Source: Frankiaceae bacterium (lineage in GTDB: Bacteria > Actinomycetota > Actinomycetes > BP-191). From it: a DNA stretch of 24,000 bases. The translations under genes and the position numbers were made by a program. The notes beneath the pieces were generated by a model. It saw nothing but the letters and a program-made list of their open reading frames with translations. It did no database searches and had not been told where the DNA came from. Where the stretch lies: the NCBI GenBank assembly GCA_030840645.1, contig JAVEEC010000050.1:10846-34845 (forward strand), given 5' to 3'. Shown here piece after piece: positions 15,239 through 22,639 of the stretch. Every line of letters begins with the position of its first letter. The first letter of the stretch is position 1.

Positions 15239-18076
15239 ATGACCGAGACGGCGAACGGCGCGACGGCCAAGACCTCGAAGAAGGCGGCCGGGCTGCGCCT
15301 GCAGCGCGTGTTCACGACCGAGGGCGTGCACCCCTACGACCAGGTCCTGTGGGAACGCCGCGACGTCGTCATGACCAACTGGCGCGACGGCTCGGTCAAC
15401 TTCGAGCAGCGCGGCGTGGAGTTCCCTGACTTCTGGTCGGTCAACGCCACCAACATCGTCACGACGAAGTACTTCCGCGGCGCCGTCGGCACCGAGGCGC
15501 GCGAGTGGTCGCTCAAGCAGGTGGTCGACCGGGTCGTCGACACCTACACCCAGGCCGGCGTCGCCAACGGCTACTTCGCCACCCCCGCGGACGCCGAGAT
15601 CTTCGAGCACGAGCTCAAGCACATGCTCGTGCACCAGATCTTCAGCTTCAACAGCCCCGTCTGGTTCAACGTCGGCACCACCGCCCCGCAGCAGGTCAGC
15701 GCCTGCTTCATCCTCTCGGTCGACGACCAGATGGACTCGATCCTCAACTGGTACAAGGAGGAGGGGATCATCTTCAAGGGCGGCTCCGGCGCCGGCCTCA
15801 ACCTCTCCCGGATCCGTTCCTCGAAGGAGCTGCTCTCCTCGGGCGGCACCGCGAGCGGTCCCGTGTCGTTCATGCGCGGCGCGGACGCCTCCGCCGGCAC
15901 CATCAAGTCCGGCGGCGCCACCCGCCGCGCCGCGAAGATGGTGATCCTCGACGTCGACCACCCCGACATCGAGGAGTTCATCGAGACGAAGGCGCGCGAG
16001 GAGGACAAGATCCGCGTCCTGCGCGACGGCGGGTTCGACATGGACCTCGGCGGCCGCGACATCGTCAGCGTGCAGTACCAGAACGCCAACAACTCGGTCC
16101 GCGTCACCGACGAGTTCATGCGCGCCGTGGAGGCGGGCACCGAGTTCGGCCTCAAGGCCCGCAAGACCGGCGAGGTCATCGAGACCGTCGACGCCAAGGC
16201 GCTGTACCGCAAGATCGCGACCGCCGCGTGGGAGTGCGCCGACCCCGGCATCCAGTACGACGACACGATCAACGACTGGCATACCTGCCCGGAGACCGGC
16301 CGCATCACCGCATCGAACCCGTGCTCCGAGTACATGCACCTCGACAACTCCTCCTGCAACCTTGCCTCCCTCAACCTGATGAAGTTCCTGCGCGAGGACG
16401 GCTCGTTCGACGCCAAGACGTTCGCCAAGGTGGTCGAGTACGTCATCACCGCGATGGACATCTCGATCTGCTTCGCCGACTTCCCGACCGAGAAGATCGG
16501 CGAGACCACCCGCGCCTACCGCCAGCTCGGCATCGGCTACGCCAACCTCGGCGCCCTGCTCATGGCCAACGGCCTGCCGTACGACTCCGACTCCGGCCGC
16601 GCGATGGCCGGCGCGATCACCTCGCTCATGCAGGCGACGGCGTACAAGCGCTCCGCCGAGCTGGCCGCGATCGTCGGCCCGTACGACGGCTACGCCCGCA
16701 ACGCCGACGCCCACCAGCGCGTCATCCGCAAGCACGCCGCCGCCAACGACGGCCTTCGGCCGTTCGGCGCCGACGACGCGCGGATCCTGCACGAGGCCAC
16801 CCGCGCGTGGCAGGAGTGCCAGAAGGCCGGCGTCGCGAACGGCTACCGCAACAGCCAGGCGTCGGTCATCGCCCCGACCGGCACCATCGGCCTGATGATG
16901 GACTGCGACACCACCGGCCTCGAGCCCGACCTCGCGCTGGTCAAGAACAAGAAGCTCGTCGGCGGCGCGTCCATGAAGATCGTCAACGGCACCGTTCCGG
17001 CCGCCTTGCGCAAGCTCGGCTACGACGAGGAGATCGTCGAGGCGATCGTCGAGTACGTCGCCGAGCACGGCCACGTCGTCGACGCGCCCGGCCTGCGCCC
17101 CGAGCACTACGCGGTTTTCGACTGCGCGATGGGGGAGCGGTCCATCTCCTGGATGGGCCACATCCGGATGATGGCCGCGATCCAGCCGTTCATCTCCGGC
17201 GCGCTGTCCAAGACCGTCAACCTCCCCGAGACCGCGACCGTCGAGGACATCGAGAAGGCGTACTTCGAGGGGTGGAAGCTCGGCCTCAAGGCGATCGCGG
17301 TCTACCGCAACAACTGCAAGGTCGGCCAGCCGCTGTCCGACATCAACGACACCAAGAAGGCCGCGGCCGCCCTTGCGGCGGCCGGGATGCCGGTCGACGC
17401 TGGCGAGATGCGGCCGATCCGCAAGCGCCTGCCGAAGAAGCGCCCGTCGCAGACGGTGTCGTTCTCCGTCGGTGGTGCCGAGGGGTACATGACCGCGGGC
17501 TCGTACCCCGACGACGGCCTCGGCGAAGTGTTCATCAAGATGTCGAAGCAGGGCTCGACCCTGGCCGGCGTGATGGACGCGTTCTCCGTCGCCATCTCCA
17601 TCGGTCTGCAGTACGGCGTGCCGCTGGAGGCGTTCGTCGCGAAGTTCACGAACATGCGCTTCGACCCGGCCGGCCTGACCGACGACCCCGACGTGCGGAT
17701 GGCCCAGTCCGTGATGGACTACATCTTCCGCCGCCTCGCGCTGGACTACCTGCCCGTGGAGAAGCGGGCGGAGCTCGGCATCTTCACCGCGGAGGAGCGC
17801 GCTGCGCAGGTCGCGTCGTCGTCATACGGGTCCGCGCCCGCGGACGCGGCGGCCGAGCTCGGCGACGTCGAGGGGCTCGCGCAGTCCGTTCCGGTCGAGC
17901 CGCAGCCCGCGGCGCCGGCGACCGCACCCGCGAACCGCGGTGGCGGCTCCGGCATCGAGGTCACGGCCCAGACCGCCCAGGACGCGCCGCTATGCATGAA
18001 CTGCGGCATCAAGATGCGTCCCGCGGGCTCCTGCTACGTCTGCGAGTCCTGCGGCAGCACCAGCGGTTGCAGTTAG
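15239..18076 (+). CDS. nrdJ: Adenosylcobalamin-dependent ribonucleoside-diphosphate reductase (class II)
   Basis: AGGGAG lies 7 nt upstream of the ATG. The 945-aa product has class II RNR motifs (TNIVTTKYFRG, SACFIL, ASNPCSEY, NSSCNLASLNL, APTGTIGL) and a C-terminal CxxC...CxxC tail (CMNCGIKMRPAGSCYVCESCG). Confidence 0.95.
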   Translation: MTETANGATAKTSKKAAGLRLQRVFTTEGVHPYDQVLWERRDVVMTNWRDGSVNFEQRGVEFPDFWSVNATNIVTTKYFRGAVGTEAREWSLKQVVDRVVDTYTQAGVANGYFATPADAEIFEHELKHMLVHQIFSFNSPVWFNVGTTAPQQVSACFILSVDDQMDSILNWYKEEGIIFKGGSGAGLNLSRIRSSKELLSSGGTASGPVSFMRGADASAGTIKSGGATRRAAKMVILDVDHPDIEEFIETKAREEDKIRVLRDGGFDMDLGGRDIVSVQYQNANNSVRVTDEFMRAVEAGTEFGLKARKTGEVIETVDAKALYRKIATAAWECADPGIQYDDTINDWHTCPETGRITASNPCSEYMHLDNSSCNLASLNLMKFLREDGSFDAKTFAKVVEYVITAMDISICFADFPTEKIGETTRAYRQLGIGYANLGALLMANGLPYDSDSGRAMAGAITSLMQATAYKRSAELAAIVGPYDGYARNADAHQRVIRKHAAANDGLRPFGADDARILHEATRAWQECQKAGVANGYRNSQASVIAPTGTIGLMMDCDTTGLEPDLALVKNKKLVGGASMKIVNGTVPAALRKLGYDEEIVEAIVEYVAEHGHVVDAPGLRPEHYAVFDCAMGERSISWMGHIRMMAAIQPFISGALSKTVNLPETATVEDIEKAYFEGWKLGLKAIAVYRNNCKVGQPLSDINDTKKAAAALAAAGMPVDAGEMRPIRKRLPKKRPSQTVSFSVGGAEGYMTAGSYPDDGLGEVFIKMSKQGSTLAGVMDAFSVAISIGLQYGVPLEAFVAKFTNMRFDPAGLTDDPDVRMAQSVMDYIFRRLALDYLPVEKRAELGIFTAEERAAQVASSSYGSAPADAAAELGDVEGLAQSVPVEPQPAAPATAPANRGGGSGIEVTAQTAQDAPLCMNCGIKMRPAGSCYVCESCGSTSGCS

Positions 18077-18111
18077 CGCTACGTCGCCTAACGCGGCTTA
18101 GTTCAACGAGG

Positions 18112-18117
18112 TATAAT
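18112..18117 (+). promoter_or_regulatory. Perfect TATAAT -10 hexamer at the left edge of the low-GC island
   Basis: ggTATAATtattc lies 37 nt upstream of the GTG at 18154. No good -35 is seen at 17-bp spacing. Confidence 0.3.
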
Positions 18118-18153
18118 TATTCTCTCAGCGTCTCAAACTCGAAGCGGGGGACC

Positions 18154-18771
18154 GTGGCTGACCTGCCGTATGTGATCAACACTGGAACACTCTCAAAGTT
18201 TTTCGACAGTATCCAGACCACAGGAGTGCCTGGCAAGGTTACAATTCAGTATCTTGGCTCCATAGGCTTCAAGAGTTCCAACGATCGGTATCTACTTCCA
18301 TTCTTGAAGGCGGTCGCATTCGTCGATACCAGCGGCACGCCTATTGACAATTGGAAGAATTATCGCCACACAGGTCAATCGAAGTCGGTGATGGCGCAGG
18401 CTGTTCGTACGGGCTGGGCGAAGTTGTTTGATCTATACCCGGACGCCCACCGCAAGGACGATGAAGCAATCCGAAACTGGATGCGCAGTCACTCACCTGG
18501 CGCCTCTCCTACCACGGTCGATCGATCTCTAAAGACTTTTCGGGCCGCGTGCTCCTTCGCAGATTTCGGGGCACCTGTCGAATCGGTAACCATTTCGACG
18601 CCTGATGTTACGGCTTTGACAACAGTGCCAACGCCAGCAGCTCCCGCACGAGTTGCACCTGAGGTTGTGATCAACATCCAACTCCAGATACCTGCAACCG
18701 ACGATCCGAACGTGTACGATCGCTTCTTCGCTGCGATGCGTAAGCACCTATATAGCGAGCCTGCGGAGTAG
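18154..18771 (+). CDS. Island gene A: DUF5343-like protein with PT-rich linker and short conserved-looking C-terminal module
   Basis: GTG follows GCGGGGG. N-terminal region is ADLPYVINTGTLSKFFDSIQTTGVPGKVTIQYLGSIGFKSSNDRYLLPFLKAVAFVDTSGTPIDNWKNY. From memory of DUF5343 starts (PY...l.k.l..i...g.P.k.....L...G......LkfLglvd..g.pT) this resembles that family, but it is unverified. The linker is TPDVTALTTVPTPAAPARVAPE and the tail is VVINIQLQIPATDDPNVYDRFFAAMRKHLY. Codon usage is A/T-rich. Only the last 618 nt of ORF 15505..18771 are coding. Confidence 0.7.
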   Translation: MADLPYVINTGTLSKFFDSIQTTGVPGKVTIQYLGSIGFKSSNDRYLLPFLKAVAFVDTSGTPIDNWKNYRHTGQSKSVMAQAVRTGWAKLFDLYPDAHRKDDEAIRNWMRSHSPGASPTTVDRSLKTFRAACSFADFGAPVESVTISTPDVTALTTVPTPAAPARVAPEVVINIQLQIPATDDPNVYDRFFAAMRKHLYSEPAE

Positions 18772-19307
18772 TGGACTCACATGTGGCGCGTTCTTGGCAG
18801 ATAGTTGTAGGTCGTTTCGGGAGAGAAGCTAACTCGATTCTGAGTAAAGCTGAAACTGCCCCATCGCGTATCATTACGCTTGATGATAGCTACGCTAAAC
18901 TCGCCAAACTTTCGCTCGCCCAGGACGAACTGCTGCGGCAGGCGTTGAGGTGTGTCGAGCATCAGCTTTATCGTGCAGCACACGTCATGGCGTGGTCGGC
19001 GCTAATGGATTTTCTTGAAGAAAAGTTGGCCTCGGATGGTTTGCGCGCAGTCGCGACGGCACGCCCAAAGTGGCCGACGCAGAACATCGAGGCGCTACGT
19101 GAGCAGGTCAACGAATTCCAGTTGATCGAGGTTACGCACGTGGTGGGCCTGTGCAGCAAGAATGAGGTCAAGGCGCTCCACGGATTACTTAACAGGCGAA
19201 ATGAGTGCGCCCATCCAAGCCCGTACTTCCCAAACTTGAACGAAGCACTCGGGTACGTTACCGAGGTAATGCAACGAATCAAGCACCTTCAACCAAAGTC
19301 AGTTTGA
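18771..19307 (+). CDS. Island gene B: HEPN-superfamily protein (RNxxxH motif), putative RNase toxin/effector
   Basis: The GTG shares its G with the TAG of gene A (TAGTG). The protein looks all-helical. LLNRRNECAHPS contains R143-N-E-C-A-H148 (19197-19214), the Rx4H HEPN signature with the typical Asn after Arg. It uses rare codons, including one TTA (19185-19187). An alternative GTG lies at 18783. Confidence 0.7.
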   Translation: MDSHVARSWQIVVGRFGREANSILSKAETAPSRIITLDDSYAKLAKLSLAQDELLRQALRCVEHQLYRAAHVMAWSALMDFLEEKLASDGLRAVATARPKWPTQNIEALREQVNEFQLIEVTHVVGLCSKNEVKALHGLLNRRNECAHPSPYFPNLNEALGYVTEVMQRIKHLQPKSV

Positions 19308-19350
19308 CTGAGCCGCCAACAGGATGTGCAGCGTGTCACGCCGCAGCCTC

Positions 19351-19818
19351 TCAGAAGAGCGTCCCGGCCTCCAGGTCAAGCAGGGCCCGCTTCGCCGCCA
19401 TACCGCCGCCGAACCCGGTCAACGACCCGTCCGCGCCGATGACCCGGTGGCACGGGACGACGATCGCGATCGGGTTCCGCCCGTTCGCCAGACCGACCGC
19501 GCGCGCCGCGCCCGCGTCGCCTACCCGCCGGGCGAGCTCGCCGTAGGAGACCGTGGTGCCGTACGGGATCAGCCGCAGCTGCTCCCACACAGCGCGCTGG
19601 AACGACGTCCCCACCGGCGCTAGCGCCACGGTGAACGACCGCCGCTCACCGGCGAAGTACTCGGCGAGCTGCTCGACAGCCGAGACCAGCACCGGGTCGT
19701 CGTCGGCGCGGTCGCCGGCGGCCGGGCCGGAGCCGAACCGCAGGCCGGTCAGGGCATCGCCTGCGGCGGTCAGGTGCAACGGACCGACGGGCGTCGGGTC
19801 GAGGACGGTCCAGGTCAT
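19351..19818 (-). CDS. ogt: Methylated-DNA--protein-cysteine methyltransferase
   Basis: ATG at 19818 (MTWTVLDPTPVGPL). Motifs are YGELARRVG..AARAVGLANGRNPIAIVVPCHRVIGADGSLTGFGGG, including the PCHRV active site. Its start overlaps the upstream stop (ATGA). Confidence 0.9.
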   Translation of the reverse strand: MTWTVLDPTPVGPLHLTAAGDALTGLRFGSGPAAGDRADDDPVLVSAVEQLAEYFAGERRSFTVALAPVGTSFQRAVWEQLRLIPYGTTVSYGELARRVGDAGAARAVGLANGRNPIAIVVPCHRVIGADGSLTGFGGGMAAKRALLDLEAGTLF

Positions 19819-21257
19819 GCGTTCGCTCCCAACGAGGTCCACAGATGCATGAGCGCGTACGAGCGCCACGGCCGCCAGGCCTCCGCGAGGACGGCCGGGA
19901 CGGCCCCCGACGCCAACGCGGCCACCGCATGCCGCACGCCGAGGTCGGTCGGCAGGAACGCGTCCGGGTCGCCGAGCGCGCGCATGGCGACGTAGGAGGC
20001 GGTCCACGGTCCGATGCCCGGCAACGCCAGCAGCGATGCGGACACGGCCGCGCGGTCGACGCCGCGGTCCAGGTCGAGGGCACCTGCGGCAACGGCGCCG
20101 GCCAGCGCCACCAGCGCCCGCGCCCGGGCGCCGGGCATCGGCAGCGACTCGGCGACCGCCAGCGCGGGCGCCGACGGGAACAGGTGGGTCAACGACCCGT
20201 CCGTCACCGGCTCGCCGTACGCCAGGACGAGCCGGCCCGCCAACGTGCGCGCCCCCGCGACCGAGACCTGCTGGCCGAGCACGGCGCGGACCGCGAGCTC
20301 GAAACCGTCGACGTGACCCGGCACCCGCAGGCCCGGCCGCTTGCGGACCAGCGCGCCCACCACCAGGTCGTCGCCCAACGCGTCCAGCACGGCCAGCGGA
20401 TCGGCGTCGAGGTCGAGCAGCCGGCGGCACCGTTCGACGGCCACCGGCAGGTCGGCGAGGTCGTGCAGCCGCAGTACGCAGCGCACGTACGACGGCAACG
20501 GCGTGAGCGCGACGACGCCCGGGCCGTGGGGGAGCCGCAGCGTCCGCCGGTACGTGCCGCCGACGACCTCCTCGACGCCGGGCACGGCGCGCGCGCCGAG
20601 GAAGTCGAGCAACGCCGCCCCGTCGAACGGCTCCCGCACCGCGAGCCGCAGCTCGACGTCGCCGCCCGTCGCCACCGGCGCGCGGCTGCGACCCCGCAGG
20701 TCTGACGGCGTGACGGCGTACGTCTCCCGCATCGTCGCGTTGAACTGCCGGACGCTCGCGAACCCGGCCGCGAACGCCACGTCCGCCAACGGCATCGCTG
20801 TCGTCTCGACCAGGATCCGCGCGGTGTGCGCGCGGCGCGCGCGGGCCAGCGCGATCGGGCCGGCCCCGAGCGCGGCGACGAGGACGCGGTTGAGCTGGCG
20901 CTCGCTGTAGCCGAGCCGCGCGGCGAGGCCGGGCACGCCGGAACGCTCCACGACGCCGTCGTTGATCAGCCGCATCGCGCGGCCGGCGACGTCGGCGCGG
21001 ACGTCCCACTCCGGCGACCCGGGGGTGGTGTCGGGCCGGCACCGCTTGCAGGCCCGCAGCCCGAAGGACTGCGCCGCCGCGGCCGAGACGAAGAAGCGCA
21101 CGTTCTGCCGCCGCGGCGTGACGGCCGGGCAGCTCGGCCGGCAGTAGATGCCGGTCGTCAGCACGCCGGTGTAGAACACGCCGTCGAAGCGGCGGTCCCG
21201 GCTGAGAACCGCGCGGTAGCAGCGGTCCTGGTCCTCGATCACCTGCTCATCCTGCAC
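19815..21257 (-). CDS. Bifunctional Ada regulatory protein / DNA-3-methyladenine glycosylase II (AdaA-AlkA fusion)
   Basis: GTG at 21257 (alternative at 21242). The Ada Zn site is YCRPSCP...ACKRCRP. The AraC HTH is GYSERQLNRVLV...VAFAAGFASVRQFNATMRETY. The AlkA HhH-GPD region is LLALPGIGPWTASYVAMRALGDPDAF. The architecture and ogt coupling match the M. tuberculosis adaA-alkA/ogt operon. Confidence 0.85.
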   Translation of the reverse strand: MQDEQVIEDQDRCYRAVLSRDRRFDGVFYTGVLTTGIYCRPSCPAVTPRRQNVRFFVSAAAAQSFGLRACKRCRPDTTPGSPEWDVRADVAGRAMRLINDGVVERSGVPGLAARLGYSERQLNRVLVAALGAGPIALARARRAHTARILVETTAMPLADVAFAAGFASVRQFNATMRETYAVTPSDLRGRSRAPVATGGDVELRLAVREPFDGAALLDFLGARAVPGVEEVVGGTYRRTLRLPHGPGVVALTPLPSYVRCVLRLHDLADLPVAVERCRRLLDLDADPLAVLDALGDDLVVGALVRKRPGLRVPGHVDGFELAVRAVLGQQVSVAGARTLAGRLVLAYGEPVTDGSLTHLFPSAPALAVAESLPMPGARARALVALAGAVAAGALDLDRGVDRAAVSASLLALPGIGPWTASYVAMRALGDPDAFLPTDLGVRHAVAALASGAVPAVLAEAWRPWRSYALMHLWTSLGANA

Positions 21258-21307
21258 CCGTAACAGGCGAGCGTCTGGCGGGAATCGGACACGACCGTCC
21301 GGCCGGA

Positions 21308-22210
21308 TCAGCCTGCTGCGCGGAAGTCCTCGTACCGCTCGGCGAGCCCCGCGGCGTCGGGGTGGTTGTACCGGGACCGGGGCACGACGAGCCGGCCGCC
21401 GTCCATCTCCTGCAGGCCGTGGCGCAGCATCGGGCCGTCGACCTCGCGCAGGATGTCGGCGCGCACCTCGATGCCGAGGTCGGGGCGGACACCGACGATG
21501 TTCTGGTCGTACGCGGCGTGGTGGATCTTGCACAGCGCGAGGCCGTTCGGGACGACGGGCAGTCCCCGGGGGTGCGTGTCGCGCAGGATGTGCGCGGCGT
21601 CGAGCAGCTCCGGGTGGCGCAGCCGGCACATGGCGCAGGTGCCGTCGTACGCCCGCAGGACGAGGACGCGGAACTGCTCCTGGTGCAGCCGCGCCCGGGT
21701 CGTGCGCTCGACCCACCGGCGCCGGTCCTCGGTCAGGTGGTCCAGGTCCACCAGCAGCTGGCTCTCGTCGACGGCGACGGAGAACTCGTGGCGGGCGCGG
21801 TCCTCGGCGACGAGGTACACCGGCCAGATCGGCATGTACACGCCCGGCGCGACGCCGACGAAGTACGCCATCGGCACGCGCAGCTCCATGGCGCGGCGCA
21901 GCGCGCGGTTGTCGGCGTGGTCGGGGTCGGTGCCGCGGTACTTGTACCGGAGCAGGCCGTCCGGGCCGATGCCGTCCTCGTACGGTCGTGCCGCGCCCGG
22001 CGCCCGGAAGACGGTCGTGAACGAGAGCGCGGCGTCGAGGCCGGCAACGCGCCGGATGCCGGACTGGCCGATGACCTGGAACGTCCGGCCGTCGACCTCG
22101 AGCTTGTTCACGTCGGCCGAGCGGACGGTGCGGTCGACGCTGGTTCCGGCGAGGGCGTCCAGGCGCGCGAACAGCGTGCTGCGCAGCGCCGCGTCCCGGT
22201 CGCCGACCAT
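21308..22210 (-). CDS. SRA(YDG)-like domain + HNH nuclease (candidate modification-dependent, type IV-like restriction endonuclease)
   Basis: ATG at 22210 (MVGDRD). The N-terminal half reads GIRRVAGLDAALSFTTVF...YEDGIGPDGLLRYKYRGTDPDHADNRALRRAMELRVPMAYFVG...VYLV, following the SRA pattern (GI...a.Siv..g.Y.dD...l.Y.G.g......N.AL......PVrv). The C-terminus CAMCRLRHPELLDAAHILRD...NGLALCKIHHAAYD is an HNH motif. The upstream part of ORF 21308..22585 is non-coding. Confidence 0.65.
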   Translation of the reverse strand: MVGDRDAALRSTLFARLDALAGTSVDRTVRSADVNKLEVDGRTFQVIGQSGIRRVAGLDAALSFTTVFRAPGAARPYEDGIGPDGLLRYKYRGTDPDHADNRALRRAMELRVPMAYFVGVAPGVYMPIWPVYLVAEDRARHEFSVAVDESQLLVDLDHLTEDRRRWVERTTRARLHQEQFRVLVLRAYDGTCAMCRLRHPELLDAAHILRDTHPRGLPVVPNGLALCKIHHAAYDQNIVGVRPDLGIEVRADILREVDGPMLRHGLQEMDGGRLVVPRSRYNHPDAAGLAERYEDFRAAG

Positions 22211-22307
22211 GGCCACCGGACCGTTGTAGCAGCTGCGGGGTGTCCCGCGACGGCGCGAGCCCGGCGCGTCGCTCACGCGCTTCGCCACGAGCAGCCCCCA
22301 GAATGAA

Positions 22308-22342
22308 CGAGGCCCCTCGAGGTATGAGCTCGAGGGGCCTCG
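22308..22342 (-). terminator. Strong hairpin, candidate intrinsic terminator (minus strand)
   Basis: cgaggcccctcgag / gtatgag loop / ctcgaggggcctcg forms a perfect 14-bp GC-rich stem. On the minus strand it is followed by TTCATTCT. It lies about 350 nt downstream of the SWIM gene stop and about 100 nt upstream of the HNH start. Confidence 0.45.
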
Positions 22343-22410
22343 CCAGGTCCCGCTGCACCGGCGCCCGATCGCTCGGACACCGTGCGTCGCGGTACCAACC
22401 TCCGGTGCCT

Positions 22411-22482
22411 CGGACCCGTCAGTGCGGGACGGTTGCCCGTCCTGCTCCGGCGTTCCCGGGGGTCTCCCCCCGGGGCGGTCCG
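22411..22482 (-). ncRNA. Candidate structured RNA element (three-way junction with two GNRA-capped hairpins)
   Basis: The outer stem is cggacc(22411-16)/ggtccg(22477-82). It encloses an 8-bp hairpin (22455-22475 region) and a 6-bp hairpin (22427-22442). On the minus strand the loops read GAGA and GCAA; on the plus strand they read TCTC and TTGC. No coding potential. Not matched by eye to a known family. Confidence 0.3.
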
Positions 22483-22566
22483 TGCGCGCCGTTGGCGTGT
22501 GCACTTTGTAGTGCGTCCCGGCGGCTGCCACAAGGGGTTTCGGCGAGGAACTTCCGGATTTTTCGG

Positions 22567-22639
22567 GCGTCCACAGGATGTCCACCGAAAGCCGTGAGTT
22601 GTCCCCCGGGACGGCCGGTTTTCCACCGCGCTGTCCACA
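22567..22639. promoter_or_regulatory. Five same-orientation GTCC(A/C)C motifs (DnaA-box-like) in the non-coding gap
   Basis: gcgtccaca (22567), atgtccacc (22578), ttgtccccc (22599), ttttccacc (22619) and ctgtccaca (22631). They match 7-8 of 9 positions of TTGTCCACA, all on the plus strand. Confidence 0.25.

Noticed and set aside
15188-17161. 657-aa minus-strand ORF, and the 5' 2.6 kb of plus-strand ORF 15505..18771
   Set aside because: Both overlap nrdJ, whose frame has unambiguous class II RNR motifs. Only the final 618 nt of 15505..18771 (after the nrdJ stop, from the GTG at 18154) look coding.
18070-19355. att-like direct repeats or inverted repeats flanking the low-GC island
   Set aside because: Only a 5-nt coincidence (cagtt) is shared between the two junctions. 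This is too short to support a site-specific insertion claim.
22343-22482. Cobalamin or guanidine-I riboswitch
   Set aside because: Only fragments resemble the cores (GGGAAC, GTCCCGCACTG, a B12-box-like GCAGCGGGACCTGGC, GGTCCGAG). Spacing and the paired elements do not fit either consensus, and the downstream gene (HNH nuclease) is not a typical regulon member. This needs cmscan before any claim.
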